This document shows, one piece after another, positions 40,156 through 53,444 of a DNA stretch of 64,000 nucleotides; position 1 is the stretch's first letter; each line of letters starts with the position of its first letter. A program made the position numbers and the translations under genes. Below the pieces are notes generated by a model. The model searched no databases. It was not told the origin of the DNA and was given only the letters and a program-made list of their open reading frames with translations. The stretch comes from the human T2T-CHM13v2.0 reference genome, Homo sapiens, in assembly GCF_009914755.1 (NCBI RefSeq), contig NC_060929.1. One strand, 5' to 3'.

Positions 40156-41169
40156 TTGATGAATATTTGGGTTCTTTTTAATGGAACTTTGAATTTAACA
40201 GTGGGTAACTATATGTGATGTGATTATTTCTTTAACATCTGTCTTCCACACTAACAGGCCTCTTAAAGGCAAGTATCATATGTACTTTTTGCTTATCATT
40301 ATATCCCCATCATCAACAAATATTAGCTGAATAAAAAATAAACAAATGCATAAATGAATAAGTTAACTATAGGACATTGAAACAAATGGAACTAATCAAT
40401 GACGAATGACATTTCTTCTCAGTGTAGGGATCCTCCTCTCAATCCATCCAGAAAATTTTTCTTACTAATTTCCCCAACATTCTGCAGTTTCAACTTTTGG
40501 CATAATACATGCCAGTTGCTACATCAGCTTAGCTGATATCTGGACAATTTGACCTTACTACCACTAGAAACTTCATCCAAGGAGAACAAAATCCCGAGGA
40601 AGATATCTCCCATCTTGCCACATGCTGAAAGCAAGCATTTCTAGCCCATCTTTATTGACCATGAGTACCTGTGAGGAAACAGGCAAAAGCAACCACCCAT
40701 TCTACCTCCTACAAAACACATGTGCTCCCCAACATACCAACTTTCACTTAGAAAATGTGTGAAGCTTTTAAAATAACTTAGTAGAGCTGCAAGTGGTGGG
40801 AGTGCAAAGAAAGTATGATTTGAGTCCCAGGCTGCCAGCATTTCAGGCATGCTCAGATATGTCTAGCTCCCTTTTTTTTCCCCTGGGTCAAAGGTAAATA
40901 TGGCCATTTTTGGAGAACCATCACAGTCTGTTGTACTGAAAAATGTGTGAAGAGCAAAACCATTGCCAGCAGAAAAGAAGTAGTCTGTCCTGGGCAGTCC
41001 CTGCTGGAGAAAGCATTTTGGGTGACTGAGAATGTCCTGCTGTTAAATACAGATATAGTTTTATGATGGTAATCTTTCACTATACTTTTTATTGCTGACG
41101 TTCTAATGCTTCATACTAATAGATCACAGTACAACACAGTGTAATGCAGACTGGGAATTAGTCTTAGTG

Positions 41170-41620
41170 GTACCTATTTATTTGTGAGTGCTTACTGTAT
41201 GATGCACAATACTATGCACTGAATACACATCAGTTTGCTGGATTCTCACAATGGTGCCATTAAGTAGATTTTATAATTAACCCAATTTTATAAATGAGTA
41301 AACAGAGTTAGAAGGGTCATTATGAACTTTGAACAGTTTATAGTTGGTAGTGGTAGAGCTGGGACTTGATCAATGAATAAGATCTGTATTCTTAGTCACC
41401 ATGCTAAAAATGTATCAGTCAGATCACTGGGTTCTAGCTCTGTCCTGATACTCATCAGTTGTATGGGCCATGAGTGATGCATTTAATAACTCTGTGCCTC
41501 TACTTGTTCACTTGTAAAATAGGAGAATACTCTGAATACCCTGTTTAGTCTTACAGGGGTCTGAAGATCAGGCTGACATAAAATACACTTGGGAACATTA
41601 TGAAGAGTGTGAAAACACTA
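41170..41620. mobile_element. Two adjacent MIRs in opposite orientation (minus ~41170-41405, plus ~41415-41620)
   Basis: GTGGTAGAGCTGGGACTTGA (reverse MIR), then CTGGGTTCTAGCTCTG...CTCTGTGCCTC...TGTAAAATAGGAG (forward MIR). Confidence 0.65.
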
Positions 41621-43329
41621 TAGAAACCCAAGGAAATGTATATAACATGATTATTATGCATAAAATCTTCACTAATTGATAATTTAGAAACTTCCCAGAG
41701 GAAAACATCAACATTCATACATATAATTCTTGTAAATTATTAGCCTGGATGGGGAGAGTTTGCTGTTAACATTTTGGTAAGAAAGAGCTAGTATTCGCAG
41801 ATGCTATATGGTTCTGGTTATGTCATCTTAGCTAATCTTTATCATTTAATTCATCAGTTTTATTGCCCTTGGGCAGAGCAATAATTGTGTAATTGTATTT
41901 TCTGGCCCATTGAAGTTTAAGGATACTGTAAAGCCATGACAAGAGGAGTCAAGTTTCAGGTTTATTGAATACATAATTTAACTATGTGGCCTGCATCCAT
42001 TAAAAATCAGAAAAAGCAAATAGAGTTGTCTGTAGACACTGGCTGGAGTGAATCATTGAGTCACCTGCATATCATTTTTTGATGCTAAATAAATACAAAA
42101 AAGACTTTTAAAGTTCTCATATGTATGCATTTTGGATCGAGGCTGAGCCCCCCTTTGTCTGAGGAGGGGTGTTGGCAAGTTTTGTGATACTTGACACTTT
42201 TTAAGTTATTGGGTCTTATCCAATAGAAAGGAAATGAACACATATTCACATTTTAGTAGCATGTCATCTCTCTTATACTATCTCCCATTGGCTCCCCCAG
42301 TGTTTAAGGGCACAACCTTGCCAGGTTCATCTTTAATCCTATATTTCAACTAGAAGACAGCTCTGTATACAACGAGTATTTGGTAAATCATTAATACTTA
42401 GCCAAGATGAATGAATAACTTTCCAAATAAGACCAAATAACTTTCCAAATAAGATTCTATTCCTCTATAGAATTCAATCTATTGACCATTCCAGAAATAT
42501 TTTATGTTAGGCTGAGAGTCAATTTATGATTTTGGCAAGCCTTCAGACCAACACTGTAACAATCCAAGAATCTGTTACAGTAACTTGTGTTGCCTTAACT
42601 AATATAGGTGGCAAGGCCATACATTCTTGGATAATGTCACAATGGGCTATAGATAACCAAAAGCAATCAGGGAACAAGAAAACCAAGTTATAAAATGTTG
42701 TCAGAAGGAGAGTTATATGGTAAACAGAAGCCACCCCCTAATATTGAGGTTAATATTCAACTGGTTTATTTAATAGCAGGAGAGAAACTCACTTCAGTGT
42801 TCATGGATGTCAATTTGAGATTCTGAGATATTCAGTCACTCTGACTTGATGAATATCCCCAATTCTGGATCATGATTTTTCTATACCATTCCCTAACATG
42901 TGGCTCAGAGGCCTAAGCTAAGTTTCTTAGGCCACACACTGTCCACTGACTACCCTTTGTCTAGTGCTGAGTTGAGTAGAGCCATAACACACTCCCATCT
43001 CTCCTCAAGAGAATGCATTTGTAAGACTGTTAATTCTGTAACCAAGGGGCAGAGTTGAAAACAGCTAAGCCTTATGTGAACCAAGCCTTCAATCTTATTT
43101 TTGTCCTGCTCTTCTGAATTAGCCAGGCCCCCGTGTTCATGAATATCCTGAGAACCCAGGTGCCATCCTAAACATGGAGTGTTCTGCAATTGCAGAGGAA
43201 AGGTAATGCAGGCAAACAATCCAGGATATCCACCCGAAGATAAATAATGTTGAACTTGAATTACTGGAGCTAGCTATTAGCATTACCGTATTTCTCCTAC
43301 CACCAGTTGAAATTTGCTTAGCAAGATGC

Positions 43330-43840
43330 CTGCTTGAAACCTTTCAATGACTTTCCATTGAGCTTAGAATAAAATCTCAATATTCTGAGTACGAATTACA
43401 AAGCCTTCTATAATCTGCATCCCACCTACCTCACCTACTTTGTATCTTGTCTTTCCCTTTCTCCTTTTATTCCCTTCCTACCATTTACCTCCACCAAGAG
43501 GAAAACACCAGACTTTTGTCTCTGTTGGCCTTAAAATAGCTCTTGCCTCTTCCTAGTACAGAAGCCCCAATTCTCTCTTGCTTGGCCAACTCCCATTCAG
43601 GTTTCAGTCTGTATTTAGATATCCCTTCCTGAGACTGGCATTCCCAAACCATCTTCTACTCCCCACAAAGTGCTGTCATAACAGCCTGTCCTCTGCCTTT
43701 CATAGAAGCCATGTGTTGTCAATATCATCACACATTTGTTCAGGCCACACCATAAGCCTAAAGTGGTTTTTATGTCTTCTCCTCTGCTTTCCTACTGTCT
43801 GGCACAATGTCTGGTATTGCGCAGACATGCAAGGATATAT
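43330..43840 (+). mobile_element. L2 LINE
   Basis: CCTTTCAATGACTTTCCATTGAGCTTAGAATAAAATC...TCTGGCACAATGTCTGG. Confidence 0.7.
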
Positions 43841-44614
43841 GTGGGAGGTTTGCGTCTTCATTCTTGGGACAGTTGAGATTTGCATTAATGCAGTAAGACA
43901 AGTCTCTTGCAGGTTTTTAATCTCCCCACATCCATTCTGTGACTCCTTTTTTGCACAACTGGATACTTGGTGCCTGCCAGGTCATATCCTTTCCTATTTC
44001 TGAGTTGATGCATTGTTAGGAGTTAAAATCTTTAATTCCATCCATGTGAACATTTAGGGTGAAAGTGCTTAGTCAAAAGGTGTATTAATTATTTGGCCTG
44101 CATGGTACATGGCACCTAACCAGACGTTGAAGCCTGAGGTCACTTGGGAATGAGCCTCTTGCGATTTTACATTAGCCTAAGAGCTTTCAGGAAACCTGAG
44201 TGCATCACCTGTGTACTGCACAAGATAAATTGAGGACCAGTCATGCACCACATAGTGAGGGAAAACATCCTTATTCTAGTCATTATTTCAAACAGTAAAT
44301 GCTGTTTCTCAGCAAGGCATGAGTGTCCTAGTGTTACCAGTTATCTTTTTTTGTTCCAAATCAACTGATTCAAATTAGCCATATTCAGTGCAACTTAAAA
44401 GAAATCACAGAAAATAATCCTGTACATGAGTATTGCTCAACCACAGGGACAGTCCTAATTTTGTGTTATAATGAGTTGTGAGTGGTGCTACAGATAACTT
44501 TCTATTCATATTATTGTGGTTAAGAACACAGTCTCTGGGGTCACAAAATCTTGGTCCAGATCCCCACTCTATCACCTACTGTCAAGGAAGGACTTATACA
44601 AGTCCCTTCTTGTC

Positions 44615-44984
44615 TGTATTAGTCCGTTTTCACACTGCTATAAAGAACCAGCTGAGACTGGATAATTTATAAAGAAAAGAGGTTTATTGACTCACAGTTC
44701 TGCAGGGCTAAGGGAAGGCCCCAGTAAATTTATAATCATGGCAGACGGTAAAGGAAAAGCAAGGCACATCTTACACAGCGGCAGGAGAGACAGAGAGCAA
44801 ACAGGGAAGTTCCACACATCTTCAAACAACCAGATCTCATGAGAATTTACTCACTATCACAAGAACAGCAAGGGGGAAGTCGGCCCCCATGATTCAATCA
44901 CCTCCTACCAGACCCCTCCCCCAACACATGGGGATTACAAGCCAAGATGAGATTTGGGTGGGGACACAGAGCCAAATCAAAGCA
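44615..44984 (-). mobile_element. THE1D/MSTA-type MaLR solo LTR
   Basis: TGTATTAGTCCGTTTTCACACTGCTATAAAG...GATGAGATTTGGGTGGGGACACAGAGCCAAA; TSD TTGTC/CTGTC. Confidence 0.92.
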
Positions 44985-45022
44985 CTGTCTCAGAGTCTGT
45001 TTCCTCACCTATAAAATGGTGA

Positions 45023-47897
45023 TACAATCAGAAATAATGAGGATATCACCACTGATCCCACAGAAATACAAACAACCATCAGAGAATACTATAAACACCT
45101 CTATGCACAGAAACTAGCAAATACAGAAGAAATGGATAAATTACCAGACACACACACTCTCCCAAGACTGAACCAGGAAGAAAATGAATCCCTGAATAGA
45201 CCAATAACAAGTTCTGAAATTAAAGCAGTAATAAATAGCTTACTAACCAAAAAAACCCCAGGACCAGACAGATTTATAGCTGAATTCTACCAGAGATACA
45301 AAGAAGAGCTGGTACCATTTCTACTGAAACTATACCAAAAAGTTTAAAGGAGGGACTCCTCCCTATTTTATGAGGCCAGCTTAATCCTGATACCAGCACC
45401 TAGCAGAGATGCAATTTATAAAAGAAAACTTCACACCAATATCCCTAATGAGCATCGACGCAAAAATTCTCAATAAAATACTGGTAAACAAAATCCAGCA
45501 GCACATCAAAAAGCTTATCCACCATGATCAAGTTGGCTTCATCCCTGGGATGCAAGGTTGCTTCAACATATATAAACCAATAAATGTGATTCATCACAAA
45601 AACAGAACTAAAGACAAAAACCACATGATTATCTCAATAGATGTAGAAAAGTCCTTTGATAAAATTTAACATCCCTTCATGTTAAAAGCTCTCAATAAAC
45701 TAGGTATCAAAGGAACACACCTCAAAATAATAGGAGCCATATATAACAAACCCACAGCCAATATCCTACCGATGGGCAAAAACTTGGAGCATTCCCCTTG
45801 AAAACCAGCACAAGACAAGGATGCCCTCTCTCACCATTCCTATTCAACATAGTGTTGGAAGTTCTGGCCAGGGCAATTAGGCAAGAAAAAGAAATAAAGC
45901 ATATTCAAATAGAAAGAGAGGACATCAAATTATCTTTGTTTGCAGATGACATGATTCTATATCTAGAAAACCCTATCATCTCAGCCCAAAAGCTTCTTAA
46001 GCAGATAAGCAGCTTAGGTAAAGTCTCAGGATACAAAATGAATGTGCAAAATCGCTAGCATTCCTATACACTAGCAACAGGCAAGCAGAGAGCCAAATTA
46101 TGAATTAACTCCCATTCACGATTGCTACAAAAAGAGTAAGATACCTATGAATACAGCTAACAAGAGAAATGAAGGATCTCTTCAAGGAGAACACAAACCA
46201 TTGCTCCAAGAAATCAGAAAGGACACAAACATATGGAAAAACATTCCATACTCATGGGTAAAAAGAATCAATATTGTGAAAATGGCCATACTGCTCAAAG
46301 TAATTTATAGATTCAATGCTATGCCCATTAAACTACCATTGCAGTCATCACGGAATTAGAAAATTCTATTTTAAAATTCATCTGGAACCAAAAAAGACCC
46401 TGAATAGCCAAGAAAATCCTAAGCAAAAAGAACAAAGCTGGAGGCATCACACTACCCAACTTCAAACTACACTGCAAGGCTACAGTAACCAAAACAGCAT
46501 GGTGCTGGTACAAAAACAGACACATAGACCAACGGAACAGAATAGAGAGTTCAGAAATAAGACCACACACCTACAACCATCTGATCTTTGGCAAACCTGA
46601 CAAAAACAAGCAATAGGGAAAGGATTCCCTATTTAATAAGTGATGCTAGGAGAACTGGCTAACCATATGCAGAAAATTGAAGCTGGACCCCTTTCTTACA
46701 CCTTATACAAAAATTAACTCAAGACAGATTAAAGACTTACACATTAAACTCAAAACTAGAAAGACCCTAGAAGAAAATCTAGCTAATACCATTCAGGACC
46801 TAGGCACAGGTAAAAATTTCATGACAAAAACACAAAAATAAAGTGCAACAAAAGCAAAACTTGTCAAATGGGATCTAATTAAAGAGCTTCTGTACAGCAA
46901 AAGAAACTAGCATCAGAGTGAACAGACAACCTACAGCATAGGAGAAAATTTTTGCAATCCATCCATCTGACAAAGGTCTAATATCCAGAGTCTACATGGA
47001 ATTTAAACAAATTTACAAGAAAAAAACAAACAACCCCACTAAAAAGTGGGCAAAGGACATGAACATATGCTTCTCAAAAGAAGACATTCACGCATTCAAC
47101 AAACATGGAAAAAAGCTCAACATCACTGATCATTAGAGAAATGCAAATCAAAACTACAATGAGATACCATCTCCCACCAGTCAGAATGGTGATTATTAAA
47201 AAGTAATCATCACCAGCAGATGCTATCAAGTTTGCAGAGAAAAGGGAACACTTTTACACTGTTGGTGGAAGTGTGAATTAGTTCAACCGTGGTAGAAGAC
47301 AGTGTGGAAACTCTTCAAAGATCTAGAGACAGAAATATCATTTGACTAAGCAATCCCATTACTGGATATATACCCAAAGTAATATAAATCATTCTATTAT
47401 AAAGATACATGCATGTGTATGTTCACTGCAGCACTATTCACAATAGAAAAGACATGGAATCAACCCAAATATCTGTCAGTGATAGACTGGATAAAGAAAA
47501 TGTGGTATATATACACAATGGGATACTATGCAGCCATAAAAAGGAATGTGATCAAGTCCTTTGCAGGGACATGAATGGAGGTGGAAGCCATTATCCTCAG
47601 CAAACTAACACAGGAAAAGAAAACCAAACACCACATGTTCTCACTTACAAGTGGGAGCTGAACAATGAGAACACATGGACACATGGTGGAGAACAACACA
47701 CACTAGGGCCTGTCGTGGTGGGGTGGCGAAGAAGGGAGAGCTTCAGGAAGAATAGCTAATGGATGCTGGGCTTAATACCTAGGTGATGGGATGATCTGTA
47801 CAGCAAACCATCATGGCACATGTTTACCTATGTAACAAATATGCACCTCCTGCACATGTACCCCTGAACTTAAAATTAAAAAGTTGAAGATTTTAAA
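45023..47897 (+). mobile_element. 5'-truncated L1PA (L1PA12/13-like), 2.9 kb, disrupted ORF2 RT and C-terminus
   Basis: ORF fragments [46 protein letters not shown] and [15 protein letters not shown], with many stops and frameshifts. The 3' UTR reads GAATAGCTAATGGATGCTGGGCTTAATACCTAGG. Confidence 0.97.
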
Positions 47898-48791
47898 AAT
47901 GATAACAATAATTAATAGTTAATTTTATAGTGCTATGGTTAGAATTACATAAGGTAATCTATGTAATGATAAAGAGCCAGACACCTAGAAAAGTTGAGTA
48001 TAATAATCGTCCATACCTCACAGGGTTATTTTGATACTTAAATGATAGTCATCTTAAAGTGCTTGGCCTAATGCCAAGCACATACTAAACAATAAACGAA
48101 GTCTACTATTAACTAAAAACAGGTTAACCAAGTCTGCAAAGGGACCTTTTTTTAATAGAGTGAGCAAAAGTAATGACTATAACAATGTCTCCCCTGCTTA
48201 TTTGCATTCTAGTATACTTTCTTCAGTGGGACAGAATGGGGTGGGGTGTCAGCCTGGGGGCCAGAGATACCGAAAAGCCTTGGCACACCCATGAGAACAG
48301 AGTACACCACATGTGTGGACCCCTCCTCTTTGGTATCATCACAGATGAAAGACTGTGAGTCCATGAATCACTGCTGTAGATCATGCCATAAATCCGTGCT
48401 CTTGAAACCTAGAGAAATCCCTGGATCATCCAGAGATTTCGAGTCTATTGTTCCAGGCTCTTAATAACCCTTTCTTAGAACTGTGAAGCAAGTGAAAGAA
48501 AACTGAGAGTTGATCCACAAAAGCAGATTTCTTATAAGAAAAAGTCATATTGAAAAAATGCAGGGGACAGAAGGGCAGACAGAAGCCAAATTGACAGTGC
48601 TCACCCTGTGTCCTCCCCTTTCCTCCCACGAATTCCCCTGCCAGAAATGCCCTTTATTGCTGTACTTTGCATTTCCACACCCATTATCTCTACTTATATA
48701 AGTCCTAATTTCTGCATAAAACTTCTCCCATCAGTGCAGTTCACAATAACCTGTCCTTCCCTAACAACTCAATATTCATTAATAACATAAA

Positions 48792-48919
48792 GGCCAGGTG
48801 CAGTGGCTCACACATGTAATCCTAGCAATTTGGGAGGCTGAGGCAGGTGGATCGCCTGAGATCAGGAGTTCACAACCAGCCTGGGCAATACAGTGAGATC
48901 CCAACCCTAAAAAAGAAAA
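48792..48919 (+). mobile_element. FLAM_C / Alu left monomer
   Basis: Single Alu left arm with an A tail, flanked by ATTAATAACAT on both sides. Confidence 0.9.
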
Positions 48920-49755
48920 ATTAATAACATTGCTTAAGTGCCCTTCTCAGTACCTAACACATAGTTTTATAACTGCTGCTAACTTATTAGCTGTCAGCTT
49001 GTTTTAATCACATACCAGCTCATTTTGTTATTTATTCCCTTATTCCCTCAATAAGAACATAAGCTCCTATGGGCATAGACTCATGCTTCTCTTCCACCCC
49101 ACAGAAGTCCCCATATATCCGACATCTCTGAGCATGAGGTAGGTCAGACTCGCTAGATTTTAGAAAAGGAAAGTTTGAGATTATTAAATCCAACCTCCTA
49201 ATAGTACTGATGAGAAATCTCAGGCCCAGAGAACTTACATAACTTGTTTGAGTTCAAATATATAGATGGTTATAAAGCCAGGATTATAACTATGACCTTT
49301 AGACCCATTATCCAGTGTTTCTCAACAATTCTTGTTATCCCTAATTCCAAGGAAAGGAAATATGACAAAGAAAGAGACAGGGGAGGAACTAAATATAAAA
49401 TATACACACACGCACACACACAATTCAGTGAAACTAATTGGTTATTGTAAAGGCCAAATATGCCAAGAGTCTATCTGGCCTGCTATCAGACTAATGTTGT
49501 GAATGACTGCTGAATTATTACCCACAACTGGGTAATTGTGGCCAATGAAATGAAGATACAGCATCAAGCCAGGGAACATCTGGAAAACATATAGATCAAG
49601 CCTTATCACCATTCATTATCACCAATTCGTGGCTGGCTAAACTTGGCCACTCCCAGATGCCATGGAGTTGGGAAAAAAGTGTGAAAAAGTATCCTATTTG
49701 GTGTGTGATATTTCTGTAAAAACAGTCCTCGAGCTTGGAGAATGCAGAGACTTAC

Positions 49756-49890
49756 GTTATCCTTTGTGGCAAAGCAGTTTACTTCTAGCCTTCGGGCCCG
49801 GGTGGCTGGGATGTTTTATACATCAGCAAGCATTAGAAAGATGCCGATGTCGAATTGACTTTCTCCTCTTCATGCATCTTCAGTTAACAT
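49756..49890 (-). other. Candidate non-coding (5'UTR/lncRNA) exon in a CpG-enriched unique segment
   Basis: Minus-strand donor AAC|GTAAGT, a CAGCAG acceptor with a weak pyrimidine tract, stops in all three frames, and six CpGs in 49730-49852. Confidence 0.4.
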
Positions 49891-51329
49891 CTGCTGACAG
49901 GGCATATACCCATGAAAACAGAGTCATAAAATTCAGCTCTAACTTTGCAGGAGATACTAAAATATATCTTTGGGGGCAATAGAGAACCTAGTCCTAATGA
50001 TGTTTACATAGGAGCATAAATAGTAAAATTTGGCTTTTCTATCGCACTTTGAGAAAGCATAATACTTCATACTCAATTTTATTAGCTATTCCTTGTGGGC
50101 TTCCATTACATTATAATAAGGTACACCAAGCAAACTTTACAAACAGCCCAATCATGTCCTCCTTATTCAGCTGCAACCAAACTGTAAAATATCATTTCTA
50201 TTTCCTTGATTCACTGGTATTTGACTCAGATTTTCCCTGGATGACTCAGCTACTCCCAGGCTGAAAACAAGCTTTGAAGATAACTTTTTTCAGGCCACTG
50301 GGGTACCTCTGAGTAACTTACTTTGAAGTATGATAGCAAATGAGTAAGAAGGAAAATTTCATTTCTGCCATTCTGGCAGCCACCACTTAGAAAGAGGGAG
50401 TAGAAATTTCTTAATTGATCATTTTTGCCTGCTTACTAGGATTTAGGTACAAGAAGCCTCATGCTGCCAGATGAAGCAAGAGGAAAATTCCATTTCCCTT
50501 CCAGCAGCCCCACTGATGTTTAATACTGTTTCATTCGTTTAGAACTACTCCCCTAACGAACATCACTGTCATCAACATCATCATTTCCATTTCTACCATT
50601 TATGGTATGCTCAGATATTCTAGGCACTATCTTATTTATGCTATAGTATATTTATCCTATACATAGATATTTTTCTTATGATACAAGTAAGGACACCAAA
50701 GCTTAGAGACTGGAAACCATCCAGACTGTTCACGTTGCCCTAATTCCTCCTGAGCAGCACATCTCCCTGCAGGCTCCTACTCAGCAAAGAACGCCATATG
50801 CCAAAAGCCCTACCTTTCCTTTCCCATAAAGAAAACTCCTATTCCCTCAAGTGTAATCAATCTGACTGCTTTTGTCCCAAATCGTACTTAAGTATGAATG
50901 AATGAATAGACCTGTAATCCACCCAGAGATTATTGTTCTTATATTCATACTCACATCTATATGTAGAAGACTATTGTCCCAAATTAATTTTTAACTCTTA
51001 GAATTTTAAGTAGTACAATAAGGTGGCATTAAGATAATTGAGAGAGGGTGCACATGTGTCAAAAATGAACTGACTTGGCAGGTCAGTCCTACCTCATGCT
51101 CTCCTGAAGCATTTACCCTTGCTCACAATTACACTCATGCCTTTGCCCAATCTGAGACGCCTGGATTCTCTCAAAAATAGTGATGATGATCCCTTCCCAT
51201 CCTCCCTTGGAAGGCAGCACCAGCAGCAGCCAGGTTCAGAAAGGAAGTGAAGCCCTGCAATGACTGTTTAAAATCCACACACTGTGTTTTAGGGTATGCT
51301 TTTTATTGGTAAAAAAAAAAAAAATCGTC

Positions 51330-53420
51330 ATTTTCTCCTGATTATAGGAGTGATATATGTTAGTAGTAAAGCATTCAGAAACTAGAGAAGATAAATAAGA
51401 AAATAAGTATCTATAATCTTACCTCTAGTTTATTACCACCTCAACTGTTTGTTGTATTTTCTTCCAGAAAGAGGGAGAAAGAGAAAGCTAGTGGCTGGCT
51501 ATATAAATAAAATGTAGCAATTTTTTTGCACAAAATACCTACTGCACAAACAGTTTAAAATTCTCTGTGTGCCTAACCTTAATTTTCAATGGGTGCATAA
51601 CTGTATTTTTGCATCATCCTTCCCTTACTGTTGAGCATTAGGTTATTACTCATGTTTTACTTTTATAAACCAGGCTCTGGTAAATGTCCTTGCATTCAAA
51701 TCTTTATTCACATCTCTGATTACTCACGTTAGAAAGGCTCTTACATGTTCAATTACTCTACACAAGGTGAATTTTAATTTTAATACTTTTGATATACATT
51801 CCCAAAAAGTAAAGGTTAATGGTTAAAAGAGTGTAATTTACATGAAAACTATCTGAACATGTCCATACCACCACACTCTCGGTAGAATTGAATATCATCA
51901 TTTTTTTTCTTTGCCATCATAACAGGCATAAGTCACATCACTTTCTTTGTTTTCAATAAACTATATTTTATTTCTAGTAAGGCTGAATTTTTTTTCATAA
52001 GTTCAGAAGGTTTTTGCATTTATTCTTATGTGAATTACCCATTTATGTCTTTTGTTATTTCATTAATTGTAGCCTCAGTGCTTTTCTGGCCTCATTGATT
52101 AGCTTTATATGCATTGCCACATTTATTGAAGACATTTTTCTAACTGTTTTCTTTTGTGATTTCTTATACTGATTTCATGTTTAGAAAATTCTTTCCTACA
52201 CTAAACTCATATACATATTTTTCCATGTTTCCTTCTAGTATTTTATGGTTTGGGTTTTTATGTTAAGTTTGTAAATCCACTTGTAATTTATTTTGTTGTA
52301 TGGTTTGATGTAAGAATATTATGTTTTTGCACAAACAACAAATGCATCCAACACCACTTTTTGAATAGCCCATCAGCTCCTCATTGGCTTGAGATGATGC
52401 ATTCTTTAATATGCATGATATTCTTATATGTACTACATATGAATTATGTACTAGGATTACGAAGGGAGTATGAATTGCACTTACCAGACCTCCAAATTCC
52501 TACATATTCTCTGCTTATCTTTCCAACTTTACCTCCTTTCTCCCTACATTTAGAGCTCACTGGCTTTTTCTTATTCTTAAAAACTAAGCTATTTCTAGCC
52601 CCAGTGCTTTCACCAGAGTTTGTTCCTTCTTTCTGGTCTGGTCCTCCCCCAGATTATTGGATGGTTCCTTTGTCTCATTCTGGTGTCTGTTCTAAAATCC
52701 ACTTCTGTGAGAGGTCTTTTCTGATCACCCAAATGAGAAATATCCCTTAGATACTCAAGTGTTCTCTGTTCTTTCATGAATTTTATTATCTTCATAGCAT
52801 TTATTACAATCTAACATTTCCTTATTATTTATGTATGTGTTTGCTTATTTATTTATTTATTGTTTATCTCTCCCACTAATATGTAGGCTCAACAAGAGGA
52901 ACCTTGGGACCTTGACTGTCTTGTTCAGCATTATAAATATTCTCTGAGCCTAGAACATGCCTGAAACATGGCAGATAACCAACAATCATCTACTACAATA
53001 ATAAAGAATTTTAGGAATTTCATCAATATGTCAATTTATACTTGTATTAGTACCAGTCTTACTAAATTGTTACAAATCTAAAATGCATCTTAGTATTTGG
53101 GGGCAAATTCTCCTCATCCTATTTCTTTTCAAACTTACCTTTGTCTATTAGTCCAGATAATATCTAGAATCAGTTTGTCAGATTATCTGTCTCACATATA
53201 CTCCATTTTATGTCCCATCCCGAGGAAAACTCTGGCCCCCAGAGTTTGCCTATGCCCCCCACTGACATTAATTAAAACCCATGAATACAGTAAGATAGAA
53301 TGGACACTGTCTAGACTCATGGGAATATTGAATTGTTCAGTATTTTCATAAGACCACCTGATGCCCAAACTCAAGGAAACGCATGGATTCTTCAATCTGA
53401 AAAGATTAACTTGCTTCCTT
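51330..53420 (-). mobile_element. Degenerate L1ME fragments (antisense), with an L2 (+) at about 52500-53000
   Basis: TTATGTGAATTACCCATTTATGTC, CCAACACCACTTTTTGAATAG and CTAGAATCAGTTTGTCA are antisense L1. AGAGGTCTTTTCTGATCACCC...GACTGTCTTGTTCA is L2. Confidence 0.6.
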
Positions 53421-53444
53421 ACCAAATAAGAATTTAAGTTCCTT

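Larger units (their letters stand above)
44510..47980 (+). mobile_element. MIR split into three pieces (44510-44610, 44985-45022, 47900-47980) by an LTR and an L1
   Basis: GTGGTTAAGAACACAGTCTCTGGGGTCA..., then TCTGTTTCCTCACCTATAAAATGG, then GATAACAATAA...; the pieces are collinear with the MIR consensus. Confidence 0.65.

Noticed and set aside
45132-46600. ORFs encoding reverse-transcriptase motifs ([11 protein letters not shown])
   Set aside because: Fragments of a dead L1 ORF2 broken by stops and frameshifts; not a functional CDS or a novel RT system.
52250-52750. Longest ORF in the track (166 aa)
   Set aside because: Starts at a non-ATG codon, spans an L1ME/L2 junction and has no recognisable domain.
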